Shown: positions 16,028-25,807, numbered from the stretch's first letter. The stretch: 32,113 bases of DNA from Bacteroidales bacterium (GCA_007132365.1 SLOS01000409.1:1-32113); one strand, 5' to 3'. Numbers and translations: made by a program. The notes: a model not told the origin generated them from the sequence alone.

Positions 16028-17077
16028 ATGAAGATAATTTCAATAGTCGGGGCCAGGCCCCAGTTTATCAAGCTTGCCCCTTTGTCCGAAAAACTTGCTT
16101 CTGACCACAATGAGATCATTGTCCACACAGGGCAGCATTATGATTTTGCCATGTCAAATCAGATATTCTCTGATCTTGGTATAAGAAATCCTGATTTTCA
16201 CCTTGGTGTTGGATCGGGATCACATGCAGCGCAGACCGGGGATATGATGAAGGCACTCGAAGATGTAATGGTAAAGGAAAATCCCGGACTTGTGATTGTG
16301 TTTGGTGATACAAATACGACCCTTGCAGGAGCCCTTGCTGCATCTAAACTGAATATACCCCTGGTGCATGTTGAAGCAGGATTGAGAAGTTACAACAGGG
16401 CTATGCCGGAGGAGGTAAACCGGGTTGTAACCGATCATGTATCGGAGTATCTGTTTGCACCTACTGAAACTGCATCCCGTTTGCTTGAAGGAGAGGGCCT
16501 GAAGGAAAAAACATATGTAACTGGCGACATAATGGTAGATACAATAAGAAAAAACCTCCCTGTTGCAATCGAAAAATCAACCATACTATCCGATCTTGAA
16601 ATAGAAAAAGCGGGTTATAACCTGCTTACACTCCACCGGAACTATAATGTTGATAATCCCGAAATCCTTGTCAATATACTTGATCAGCTTGACATGCTTG
16701 GCGAACTGATAATATTCCCTGTTCATCCCCGCACAAAGAAGAACATTGAGAATACCGAAATTTCATGGAAGAATATCTTGCTGACAGAACCACTTGGTTA
16801 TATTGACTTCATCGCCGCCGAATATTACAGCAAGAGAATTATTACCGACTCAGGCGGTATTCAGAAAGAGGCGTTTATACTTGGACACCCGTGTATCACC
16901 CTCCGTACCGAAACGGAGTGGGTGGAAACTGTTGAGGCAGGATGGAACCTGCTGGTTGCCCCATCTGACAACGATATATGTGGAAAGATACGCTCCTTTG
17001 AGGTACCTGCCAAAAGGGAAAATATTTTTGGTGAGGATGTAAGCTCAAAGATGGCCGAAATTATCAATACTATCTGA
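16028..17077 (+). CDS. wecB: UDP-N-acetylglucosamine 2-epimerase (non-hydrolysing)
   Basis: Motifs VGARPQFIK, HTGQHYD, FGDTNTT, HVEAGLRS, MPEEVNR, TLHR, FPVHPRT, ITDSGGIQKEA, TLRTETEWVETV. Confidence 0.95.
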   Translation: MKIISIVGARPQFIKLAPLSEKLASDHNEIIVHTGQHYDFAMSNQIFSDLGIRNPDFHLGVGSGSHAAQTGDMMKALEDVMVKENPGLVIVFGDTNTTLAGALAASKLNIPLVHVEAGLRSYNRAMPEEVNRVVTDHVSEYLFAPTETASRLLEGEGLKEKTYVTGDIMVDTIRKNLPVAIEKSTILSDLEIEKAGYNLLTLHRNYNVDNPEILVNILDQLDMLGELIIFPVHPRTKKNIENTEISWKNILLTEPLGYIDFIAAEYYSKRIITDSGGIQKEAFILGHPCITLRTETEWVETVEAGWNLLVAPSDNDICGKIRSFEVPAKRENIFGEDVSSKMAEIINTI

Positions 17078-17150
17078 ATACCCTTTATCGGTGAAACCTG
17101 TGGCTGTTAAATTAACGTTAACAGAAAACTATTTTTTTGTTAAAATTCTA

Positions 17151-17189
17151 AAAACTCATTTGGTTTATAAAGTTTTCATGTTACTTTTG
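17151..17189 (+). promoter_or_regulatory. Promoter of the TetR-RND operon with an overlapping candidate TetR operator
   Basis: TTTG (17159-17162), 19 nt spacer, TACTTTTG (17182-17189). The inverted repeat AAAACT-N14-AGTTTT (17151-17176) straddles the -33 element. Confidence 0.65.
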
Positions 17190-17208
17190 TGCCCTAATCT
17201 ATTTGATT

Positions 17209-17847
17209 ATGACAATTAAGGACAGGATTATGCTTCAGGCATCCGAAATGTTTATCAGGTCAGGCATAAAGGCGATAACCATGGATGATATAGCGAGCGA
17301 AACCGGAGTTTCAAAGAGGACAATCTATGAAATATTTTCCGATAAAGATGACCTGTTGAGAAGCTGTATAGGCCATATGGATGAGAAATTCAGGCAGGAG
17401 AAAGAGCAGGCCGTGTCAGAAACAAAGGATATAATCGACCTGGTATTTACTTTCATAAAAATTGGAGTGAAGGCAATTAACAATATAAATCCGCTATTTA
17501 ATTCAGACCTGAAGAAGTACCACTACCAGATATGGAAGGAGATATACCGAATCAGCAGCGAAAGGCACCGGTCGCATATACAAAATGTTATCAGGCAGGG
17601 AATAGATGAGGGAGTTTTCAGGAATAACATTGATGTCGAAATTGTCGGAATGCTGCTCAGTGAGCAGCTGAGAATAATGTCTGACGAGGCTATATTTCCC
17701 TCTGTCCGGTTCTCAAAAGCGGTAGTTTTTGAAAATATCGTGATCAATTTTTTCAGGGGGATAGCAACGAAAAAAGGACTGGATCTGATAGAAAAATACA
17801 TGGAGAAGGAGGCTGACCAGCTCGTAACAATTAAGAAAGACACATGA
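17209..17847 (+). CDS. TetR/AcrR family transcriptional regulator
   Basis: N-terminal HTH GIKAITMDDIASETGVSKRTIYEIFSDKDDL. The ATG at 17209 is preferred over the TTG at 17203. Confidence 0.95.
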   Translation: MTIKDRIMLQASEMFIRSGIKAITMDDIASETGVSKRTIYEIFSDKDDLLRSCIGHMDEKFRQEKEQAVSETKDIIDLVFTFIKIGVKAINNINPLFNSDLKKYHYQIWKEIYRISSERHRSHIQNVIRQGIDEGVFRNNIDVEIVGMLLSEQLRIMSDEAIFPSVRFSKAVVFENIVINFFRGIATKKGLDLIEKYMEKEADQLVTIKKDT

Positions 17848-17903
17848 TCACGGCTGTAACCAGCAGGATAAAAGAAATTATAAATTCCTATTATTTTTAA
17901 AAT

Positions 17904-19205
17904 ATGCTTATGTGGTTTAAAAACAGAATTTTGTTTCTGGTGACACTGACCTTTGCAACCTTTTGGGCAGCCTACGCACAGGAAACATTGAAACTGAGTC
18001 TTGATGATGCCAGGCAATATGCCGTTGAGCATAACCGGAACCTTGTGAATGCCGGACTTGCCGTGAACGATGCAGGCGAGAGGCTTCGTGAAACAATAGC
18101 CCAGGGCCTGCCCCAGGTGAATGCTGCGGTCGATTACAACAACTTTTTCGGATCGACGGCAACCCTCGGGGCAATGCCGGGATTTGAGATAGAGTTCAAC
18201 CCCACCAGTAACCTGCAGCTCTCCGTCGGGCAGATGATATTCAACGGAAGCTATATCGTAGGTGTCAGGACCGCCAGGTTATTCAAGGAAGTTACGGAGA
18301 CTAACAGGGAGAGGACGGGACTTGAGATCAGGGCACAGGTAACCCAGGCCTATTATCTGGCGCTAATCTCGGAGCAATCAGCCCGGTTGGTGGAAGCCAA
18401 CCTTGAAAACGTCAAAGCCATACAGGAGCAGACACGGGCAATGGTCCAGGCGGGCGTGGCCGAAGAGGTTGACTATGACCAGTTGACAGTTCAGGTCTAT
18501 ATGCTGGAGAACGCACTCAGGGCAGCCGGACGGCAGGTCGAGCTTTCCCATAACATGCTCCGCCTGCAGATGGGCCTGGATGCTGATATGCCCGTTTCGC
18601 TGACCGATGATCTTGATGGAATTATCAGCAGGTCAGATTTCGGAGGAAGCCTTCTTACCCCGTTCAATATTGGCGAAAATATAGATTACCAGCTTGTTGA
18701 ACTGCAAACAAGCATTGCCGAACAACAGGTCGATATGGCAAGGGCCGGGTATCTGCCTACTGTTACGGGTTTTTATAACTTCACCGAAAAGCTTCTTAAG
18801 CCCGAGTTTGATATCACACCTAACCATGTTATCGGGTTTAATGTAAGCATCCCGATCTTTTCCAGCGGTGTGAGGCAGTCCCGCGTACGGCAGGCCCGGA
18901 TAAACCTCGATATTGCCGAGAATCAGAAGGCGTTGTTGTCTGAACAGCTCTCTATTCAGGAAAAACAGCTCCGGTACAATCTCAACAATGCCATCGAGCA
19001 GTATGACAGCCAGAAGGCCAATGTTGAGGTTTCCCGCAGGGTCTACCAGAACCTGGCAAACAAGTACCGTCAGGGTATGGCATCCAGCCTGGACCTGACC
19101 ACAGCAAACAACAATTACCTTCAGGCCGAGAACAGCTATATTTCTGCTCTTATGCAACTGCTCGAGGCTCAAGTTGCGATGGAGAAGCTCCTGAATGAGA
19201 TATGA
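17904..19205 (+). CDS. TolC family outer-membrane efflux protein
   Basis: Signal peptide ending AYA-Q; LSLDDARQYAVEHN, LPQVNA, YLPTV, SIPIFSSG, KYRQGMASSLDL; two-repeat OEP architecture. Confidence 0.93.
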   Translation: MLMWFKNRILFLVTLTFATFWAAYAQETLKLSLDDARQYAVEHNRNLVNAGLAVNDAGERLRETIAQGLPQVNAAVDYNNFFGSTATLGAMPGFEIEFNPTSNLQLSVGQMIFNGSYIVGVRTARLFKEVTETNRERTGLEIRAQVTQAYYLALISEQSARLVEANLENVKAIQEQTRAMVQAGVAEEVDYDQLTVQVYMLENALRAAGRQVELSHNMLRLQMGLDADMPVSLTDDLDGIISRSDFGGSLLTPFNIGENIDYQLVELQTSIAEQQVDMARAGYLPTVTGFYNFTEKLLKPEFDITPNHVIGFNVSIPIFSSGVRQSRVRQARINLDIAENQKALLSEQLSIQEKQLRYNLNNAIEQYDSQKANVEVSRRVYQNLANKYRQGMASSLDLTTANNNYLQAENSYISALMQLLEAQVAMEKLLNEI

Positions 19206-19257
19206 CAATTTGAAAATAAAGGAACCGGTTTATTCATTATAATCAAACATATTTAAA

Positions 19258-20319
19258 ATGGAACTAAAACAAATTTTAAGAGGTTTACTGCCGGGTCTTG
19301 CAGTGATCTTTACAGTATACGGCTGTTCACCGGCAACCGGCGACTCATCAGGTGAGGTATCCGAGGCTGATGGCCGGACAGAATCTGTCAGGGTTGTTGA
19401 ACTGGACTACAGTGAAATAGCCAGATCCATTAACTATACGGCAAACCTTAGAGCATTCAGGGAAGTTCACCTTGCCCCGGCACAGCCCGGCAGGGTTGAC
19501 AGGATTCATGTGGAGGCGGGGGACAGGTTCAGTGAGGGCCAGCTACTGGTTGAGATGGACCGCACTCAGCTTCAGCAGGCAATTGTTCAGCTCCGGAACA
19601 TGGAAAAGGATTACAGGAGGGTTGATACCCTGAGGAGAGTTGGGAGTATTACCGAACAGCAGTATGATCAGCTCAAAACACAATATGAGGTGGCAAAATC
19701 GAATGTTGAGTTTCTCAGGGAAAATACCCGCCTGACCGCCCCGTTCAACGGAAGCGTGTCGGCAAAATATTTTGAGAACGGAGAGATGTTTTCAGGAGCA
19801 CCCAATACTCCAGCCGGAAAGGCCGCGATCCTGACCCTCGTGCAGACTTCCAGGCTCAAGGCCATGATCAATATTTCAGAAAGGTATTATCGTCAGATAG
19901 CCGAGGGGATGGCAGTTGAAATAGCCACTGATGTCTGGCCGGAAGAGGTCTTCGAGGGCAGAGTCACCACTATCTACCCGACAATTGATCCGGCCACCCG
20001 TTCGTTTACCGTTGAGCTTGTCGTGCCAAACCCGTTGGAACGGCTCAGGCCCGGCATGTTTGCCCGCGCTGCCCTCGAAATAAAGCAGGTGGAGGCGTTT
20101 GTTGTTCCCGCACTTGCCGTACTGAGGCTGCAGGGTACAAACGAGAGGTATGTCTTTATTGAGGATAACGGCAGGGCACGCCGTGTTGTGGTTGAACTCG
20201 GAGAGAGGTTTGACGATCTGGTTGAGGTCATATCAGATGAGATAAGGGTCGGCGACAACCTGATTATTGCAGGCCAGGCCCGGCTTCTTGACGGAGTTGC
20301 AGTTTCAGCGCAGCCCTGA
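19258..20319 (+). CDS. RND efflux periplasmic adaptor (membrane fusion protein), lipoprotein
   Basis: Lipobox VYG-C; lipoyl-like GRVDRIHVEAGDRFSEGQLL, LTAPFNG, IDPATRSF, LRPGMFA. Confidence 0.94.
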   Translation: MELKQILRGLLPGLAVIFTVYGCSPATGDSSGEVSEADGRTESVRVVELDYSEIARSINYTANLRAFREVHLAPAQPGRVDRIHVEAGDRFSEGQLLVEMDRTQLQQAIVQLRNMEKDYRRVDTLRRVGSITEQQYDQLKTQYEVAKSNVEFLRENTRLTAPFNGSVSAKYFENGEMFSGAPNTPAGKAAILTLVQTSRLKAMINISERYYRQIAEGMAVEIATDVWPEEVFEGRVTTIYPTIDPATRSFTVELVVPNPLERLRPGMFARAALEIKQVEAFVVPALAVLRLQGTNERYVFIEDNGRARRVVVELGERFDDLVEVISDEIRVGDNLIIAGQARLLDGVAVSAQP

Positions 20320-20367
20320 TGACCGGTTTTCCGAAACTGTTATTATTACCAGTAATCCCTAATTCAA

Positions 20368-23300
20368 ATGAGTATATATAAGAGTGCAGTAAACAAGCCC
20401 ATTACCACTTTCATGGTCTTTACCGCGGTGATTGTTATGGGGATCTATTCGCTGATCTATATACCGGTAGATCTGTATCCTGAAATAGAGCCCCCTTTTA
20501 TTTCGGTAATAACAAGCTATCCGGGTGCCAATGCCAGTGACATTGAGATTAATGTCACCCGCCCGATGGAAGATGCGTTCAACAGGGTCGATAACCTGAA
20601 GGAGATTACCTCGGTGTCCAGCGAAAATATCTCAGTAATTTTCCTTGAGTTTGAATGGGAATCTGATCTGAACGAGGCTTCCAATGATATCAGGGATGCT
20701 ATCGATCTTCTTTACGATTATCTTCCGGAGGAGGTAAGCCGCCCCACAATATTCAAGTTCGACATGAGCATGATACCGATAGTATTCTATGCAATAACTG
20801 CGGACGAGAGTTACCAGGGACTGGCAAAAATTCTGGAGGACAGGATCATCAATCCTTTGAACCGGATAGACGGAATAGGATCGGTCATGATGATAGGAAC
20901 ACCTCAGCGCCGGATCTATGTTGAGGCAGACCCTGTCAGGCTCGATGCCTACAACCTTACCCTTGAGCAGCTTGGCAACGTAATCAGGGCTGAAAACATG
21001 AACATGCCCTCCGGCAATATCAGGATGGGGATGATGGATTACCAGCTCCGCATAGAGGGAGAGGTGAGGGAAAGTTATGAGCTTGAAAACCTTGTGGTAG
21101 GTCATTTTCAGGGCAGCTCCGTTTATCTGGGTGACGTTGCGCAGGTGCGTGATACCTTGAGGGACCTGTCGCTCGAATCCCGCATTTCAGGCCGCCAGGG
21201 TGTGCGCATGATGGTCATGAAGCAATCGGGTGCCAACACCGTAAGAATTGCCAGTGATGTTAAAAACGCCATTGAAGAGCTGCAGAAAGACCTTCCTCCC
21301 GACATAGAGATAAGGGAAATAATTGACACTTCGGTATTTATAAATGATTCGATCAGCAACCTGTCGCGAACAATGTTATGGGCGCTGTTCTTTGTGGTGC
21401 TGGTGGTATTGTTCTTTCTCGGAAAATGGAGGGCCACATTCATTGTGGTACTTACAATCCCGATCTCACTTATTGTTTCATTCATCTATCTCTATATTAC
21501 CGGCGGATCGCTTAACGTGATATCGCTGGCCTCCCTCTCGATCGCGCTGGGTATGGTGGTGGATGATGCAATTGTTGTTCTTGAGAATATTTCGCGTCAT
21601 GTTGAACGCGGAACCAGTCCCCGCGAAGCAGCCATCTACGCCACCAATGAGGTTTGGCTTTCAGTTATCATCACCACCCTTGTTATTGTAGCGGTATTTT
21701 TCCCGCTAACACTGGTTGGAGGGATGACAGGCGTCCTTTTCAGGCAGCTCGGATGGATTGTGACCATAACTGTAGTGACATCTACCGTTGCCGCCATATC
21801 ACTTACACCGATGATGTCGTCGAAACTCCTTGAAGTTCGTAACAAGAGCCTTTCATCACGAAAGTTCAGTCATACGCGTATAATTGATCCTTTCCTGCGG
21901 AGTCTTGAAGGGTTCTATGAGAAGAGCCTTCGTGTTGCACTTCGCAACAAAAGAAAAGTACTTGCACTTGCAGTTATCGTGTTTGCAGGCTCACTGCTCC
22001 TGCTCAATTTCATAAGTACCGAGTTTATGCCGGAGACCGATGAGAGCAGAATTAATGCTGAAGCGGAGCTGACTACCGGGCTGAGGGTGGAGGAGACAAT
22101 GAAGGTGGCAAGGGAGCTGGAAAGGATAATTGAAGAGAGGTATCCCGAAGTTGAGTTGTATGCGGTGTCATCAGGTTCATCAGATGAGGGCGGGATGGCC
22201 GGACTCTTCGGACAAACAGGTTCGAACATGATCGACCTGGTAATGAGACTGTCGCCCATTGATCAAAGGGAAAGGTCAGTTTGGGAAATAGCCGATGACC
22301 TTCGCCGGCAAATGGAGCAGATACCTGAGGTTGTAGATTTTTCGGTTACGTCAGGTGGGGGAGGAATGGGCAGTACCACCGTAGACGTTGAAATTTTCGG
22401 TTACGATTTTGAAGTTACCAGCCGGATCGCAAATGAGATTCATTCAAAAATTGAGGCAATTCCGGGTGCAGAGGATGTACAGGTGAGCCGGAAGGACGAG
22501 CGTCCGGAGCTTCAGATAGTGCTGGACAGGAAGAAACTTGCTGAAAACGGCCTGAATACCGCTATGGTGTCAACCGCAGTTCGTAACAGGGTTGCCGGTA
22601 TGACGGCGTCCCTTTTCAGGGAGGAAGGTGAGGAATATGAAATCATTGTTAGGTACGGCGAGGATTTCAGGAACTCAGTCTCCGATCTGGAGGACATAAC
22701 CATTACAAATCCCATGGGCAACAGGATAAAGCTGGCCGAGATAGGCGAAGTGCAGGAGTACTGGAACCCGCCCAGCATTGAAAGAAAGAGAAGGGAGAGG
22801 GTTGTGACCGTTTCGGCTGTTCCTTCCGGGATAGCGCTTGGAGAACTGGCCGGCCAGATCAACTCGATAGTAGCCTCAACCGAAATTCCTCCCGGCGTAC
22901 TGGTAAATGTGGGAGGTGCCTACGAGGATATGATGGACTCGTTCATGGATCTGGGTCTGCTGCTGATTGTCAGCCTTATCCTGGTGTTTCTCGTGATGGC
23001 CTCGCAGTTCGAATCTTTCGTGATGCCTTTTGTGATAATGTTTTCCATACCGTTCTCGTTCACGGGTGTTTTACTGGCGCTTTTTGTAACCAATACAACT
23101 TTGAGTGTGATCGCGGGACTGGGTGCGGTTCTGCTTATTGGTATTGTAGTAAAGAACGGCATTGTCCTTATCGACTATATAAACCTGATGCGTGACAGGG
23201 GGTACGCCCTGAACGAGGCTATTGCCATCTCCGGGAAGCTGCGTCTTCGCCCTGTGCTGATGACAGCGATGACTACCATGTTGGCTATGCTGCCGCTGGC

Positions 23301-23496
23301 GCTGAGCAGGGGTGAAGGCTCAGAGATATGGAGCCCTATGGGTATTACGCTCATTGGAGGGTTGTTATTCTCGACTGCCGTGACCCTGATAATTGTTCCG
23401 GTTGTTTACGGTATATTCTCACGCAGGGGTGAAAGGGACAAGCTGCAGAAAATAAGGAACAAATTTACTTTTTTAAACAGTGAAAAACAGAGATAA
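20368..23496 (+). CDS. RND efflux permease (AcrB/AcrD/AcrF family)
   Basis: 1042 aa; PVDLYPEI, YPGANASDIE, TM4 GMVVDDAIVVLENI, TM10 GIVVKNGIVLID, RLRPVLMTAMTT. Proton-relay residues are intact. Confidence 0.96.
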   Translation: MSIYKSAVNKPITTFMVFTAVIVMGIYSLIYIPVDLYPEIEPPFISVITSYPGANASDIEINVTRPMEDAFNRVDNLKEITSVSSENISVIFLEFEWESDLNEASNDIRDAIDLLYDYLPEEVSRPTIFKFDMSMIPIVFYAITADESYQGLAKILEDRIINPLNRIDGIGSVMMIGTPQRRIYVEADPVRLDAYNLTLEQLGNVIRAENMNMPSGNIRMGMMDYQLRIEGEVRESYELENLVVGHFQGSSVYLGDVAQVRDTLRDLSLESRISGRQGVRMMVMKQSGANTVRIASDVKNAIEELQKDLPPDIEIREIIDTSVFINDSISNLSRTMLWALFFVVLVVLFFLGKWRATFIVVLTIPISLIVSFIYLYITGGSLNVISLASLSIALGMVVDDAIVVLENISRHVERGTSPREAAIYATNEVWLSVIITTLVIVAVFFPLTLVGGMTGVLFRQLGWIVTITVVTSTVAAISLTPMMSSKLLEVRNKSLSSRKFSHTRIIDPFLRSLEGFYEKSLRVALRNKRKVLALAVIVFAGSLLLLNFISTEFMPETDESRINAEAELTTGLRVEETMKVARELERIIEERYPEVELYAVSSGSSDEGGMAGLFGQTGSNMIDLVMRLSPIDQRERSVWEIADDLRRQMEQIPEVVDFSVTSGGGGMGSTTVDVEIFGYDFEVTSRIANEIHSKIEAIPGAEDVQVSRKDERPELQIVLDRKKLAENGLNTAMVSTAVRNRVAGMTASLFREEGEEYEIIVRYGEDFRNSVSDLEDITITNPMGNRIKLAEIGEVQEYWNPPSIERKRRERVVTVSAVPSGIALGELAGQINSIVASTEIPPGVLVNVGGAYEDMMDSFMDLGLLLIVSLILVFLVMASQFESFVMPFVIMFSIPFSFTGVLLALFVTNTTLSVIAGLGAVLLIGIVVKNGIVLIDYINLMRDRGYALNEAIAISGKLRLRPVLMTAMTTMLAMLPLALSRGEGSEIWSPMGITLIGGLLFSTAVTLIIVPVVYGIFSRRGERDKLQKIRNKFTFLNSEKQR

Positions 23497-23552
23497 CAGC
23501 ATAAAATGAGCCATGAGAAATAATTATCACAAATCAAACAAAATATAAACAG

Positions 23553-23846
23553 ATGAAGGCTGTAATGATAATATTCAACCAGGCAAGCAGCGAACGGGTC
23601 GAATTTATATTTGACAGGCTGAAGATAAACGGATTTACATGGTGGAGTGAGGTAAAGGGACGGGGATCGGAAACCGGTGATCCCCGTATGGGCACGCACA
23701 CCTGGCCCGAACTTAACTCAGCAGCTATGACCGTTGTAGCAGATGATAAAGTGGATGAACTTCTGGATAGTGTCAGAAAACTTGATGAGATAAACAAGGA
23801 AGTTGGTGTGAGGGCCTTTGTCTGGAATATTGAACAGGCATATTGA
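23553..23846 (+). CDS. PII/GlnB-like transporter-associated protein (PG0541-like)
   Basis: 97 aa: MKAVMII...INGFTWWSEVKGRG...AMTVVADDKVDELLDSV...GVRAFVWNIE follows the PII-fold pattern. Last gene of the RND operon. Confidence 0.75.
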   Translation: MKAVMIIFNQASSERVEFIFDRLKINGFTWWSEVKGRGSETGDPRMGTHTWPELNSAAMTVVADDKVDELLDSVRKLDEINKEVGVRAFVWNIEQAY

Positions 23847-23892
23847 CCTGCCGGCAAGGCAGGTTCCGGCAGCCTTGATGCTGCTTGCCGGA
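23846..23892. repeat. GC-rich inverted repeats (REP-like/stabiliser hairpins) after the RND operon
   Basis: ACCTGCC-GGCAA-GGCAGGT (23846-23864) and TCCGGCA...TGCCGGA (23865-23892); no U-tract. Confidence 0.55.
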
Positions 23893-23966
23893 CCATGCAA
23901 TATTTTAGTCGATGGAGGGTATTATTCAAACATTTTCCTTATCAGGTTGTTAATATTATAAAACTT

Positions 23967-24203
23967 ATGGCTATGTGGAAAGAAGAAAACAATCAGCTGG
24001 TAAGGAGGTTCGAATTCAGGGATTTTGTTTCAGCTTTTTCCTTTATGACCAGGGTGGCTATTACTGCAGAAAAGATGGACCATCACCCTGATATGCAGAA
24101 TGTCTACAATAAGGTGTATATCCGCTTGTACTCACATGATGCAGGCGATACAATTACCGAGCGGGACAGGAAACTTGCCGAGGCAATTGATGAGCTTATT
24201 TAA
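23967..24203 (+). CDS. phhB: Pterin-4a-carbinolamine dehydratase
   Basis: [32 protein letters not shown]...YNKV...[14 protein letters not shown]. Start at ATG 23967 or 23973 rather than 23895. Confidence 0.93.
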   Translation: MAMWKEENNQLVRRFEFRDFVSAFSFMTRVAITAEKMDHHPDMQNVYNKVYIRLYSHDAGDTITERDRKLAEAIDELI

Positions 24204-24222
24204 GGTCCGGCACCAGAAGGAA

Positions 24223-24244
24223 GTCCCCGATTCAGTTCGGGGAC
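24223..24244. terminator. Hairpin between convergent genes (possible bidirectional terminator)
   Basis: GTCCCCGA-TTCAGT-TCGGGGAC, an 8-bp stem between the PCD gene and the Tat oxidoreductase. U-tracts are weak. Confidence 0.5.
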
Positions 24245-24277
24245 CTTCTCAGTTATTTAATCTAATTGCTTTGCATA

Positions 24278-25636
24278 TCAGGTAAAAGCCGGCCTCAAAA
24301 CCTTGGGCTTAAGGTCTGTAAGGTCTCCGATATTTACAGGCCTGCCTTCGGCAATACTCTTTCTTGCGGCAACACCTATCAAAATTGACATGACCCCGTC
24401 GCGAACTCCTGCCTGTTGTCCCAAAGGATCAGGCATACCGGGATCCTTGAACAGTTTGTCGTTCATTATGGGATCGCCTCCCCAGTGGCCTCCACTGGCA
24501 AACGGAACCCTGATAACTTCAGCCGGTTTGTTATTGTAAATCCTGACAGGAGTGAAGGTAAGATCTGTATGATCCTTGCGCGGATATCCCAGTACCCTTG
24601 CCTCGAGCCTGCCTTTGGTACCGTCGAATGCAATCCAGTAACCACTGAAGTCGGTGTCGGCAGTAAGCGAGTAATTCAGGTAAGTTCCATTAGCATATTC
24701 AACAATTGCCGAATGTTTGTCATGTATGTCTATCTGGTGTCGGAAAACACAATTATCCCTGATATAACCGTCATAATGCTCATTATCTGCATAAAGCCTT
24801 TTCAGCCAGTCATTGTCGTTGATGTTCCAGTAGTAGGGGCAACGTGAGGTATGCGCACAGTTCCTGCAGTTTTTACCGCGGAACGGTCCTTTGCTGCCAA
24901 ACCGTTCAAGTGTTCCTAATGCCTGAACCCGGACCGGCTCGGAGTTGATGAACCAGTTGGCCATATCAAAATGGTGGGTTGATTTATGCACCCAAAGGGT
25001 CCCGCCCCGGTTGCTTTCACCGTGCCAGCGCATCATATACGCCTGCAGGTGGGAATGGCTTATCTGCCAATGGAAGTCGACCGATCTGATATCTCCAATC
25101 AGCCCCTCCATGATCAGCTCCTTTATTTTCGCCCTGTACGGGGGATAACGGTAGTTGAATGTGACAATTACCCTTTTACCGTATTTTCTCTCGGCATCTA
25201 TTATCGCCTGTGCCTTTACTTCATCTATTGTAAGGGGCTTTTCGGTAATTATGTCGCATCCCATCTCCATCCCTTTTATTATCACTTCATGATGGGTCCT
25301 GTCCTCTGTCGTTACAATCAGGGTTTCCGGCCTCTGTTTTCTGATCATCTCTTCCAGGTCAGTGAATGTTGGACAACCGGCTCCAATTGCTTCAGCGGCC
25401 ACTTTCAGCCTCCCCGGATTAGTGTCGCACAATCCGACCATTTCAACATAATCGGAATAGTTCCGAAGCAGATCACGGCCATACATACCTGTGCCCCTGA
25501 CACCTGTTCCGACAAGGCCAATCCTTTTTTTCGTCCTGCGTGCTGCGGTTCCGCCAGTCATCCCTGTTACAGGGTTGATCATTAATGCCCCTGCAGCAGC
25601 TGCTCCCGTAGTGGTAATGAATTTTCTTCTGTCCAT
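24278..25636 (-). CDS. Tat-exported Gfo/Idh/MocA family oxidoreductase
   Basis: Twin-arginine signal MDRRKFITTTGAAAAG; IGLVGTGVRG, ITEKP, VTFNYRY, LWVHKSTHHFD, HWGGD; Cys cluster CRNCAHTSRC...DNC. Confidence 0.92.
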   Translation of the reverse strand: MDRRKFITTTGAAAAGALMINPVTGMTGGTAARRTKKRIGLVGTGVRGTGMYGRDLLRNYSDYVEMVGLCDTNPGRLKVAAEAIGAGCPTFTDLEEMIRKQRPETLIVTTEDRTHHEVIIKGMEMGCDIITEKPLTIDEVKAQAIIDAERKYGKRVIVTFNYRYPPYRAKIKELIMEGLIGDIRSVDFHWQISHSHLQAYMMRWHGESNRGGTLWVHKSTHHFDMANWFINSEPVRVQALGTLERFGSKGPFRGKNCRNCAHTSRCPYYWNINDNDWLKRLYADNEHYDGYIRDNCVFRHQIDIHDKHSAIVEYANGTYLNYSLTADTDFSGYWIAFDGTKGRLEARVLGYPRKDHTDLTFTPVRIYNNKPAEVIRVPFASGGHWGGDPIMNDKLFKDPGMPDPLGQQAGVRDGVMSILIGVAARKSIAEGRPVNIGDLTDLKPKVLRPAFT

Positions 25637-25807
25637 TTTGTTGATATTTAAGTTTGGAAATGGTGGTTAATTATATTTGGAATAATTATTTTAGTTCAAA
25701 ATATATGTCACGGTATCCCTGAATCAGTCTCGATAGCAGGTCAGCGTTATTAATTTCAGGGTTCTAATATAGGGTAAAATCAATTTGTAACAAAACTTTT
25801 TTAACTG

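Noticed and set aside
23534-23929. 131-aa minus-strand ORF
   Set aside because: Antisense to the PII-like gene, which fits the operon orientation and a known fold pattern.
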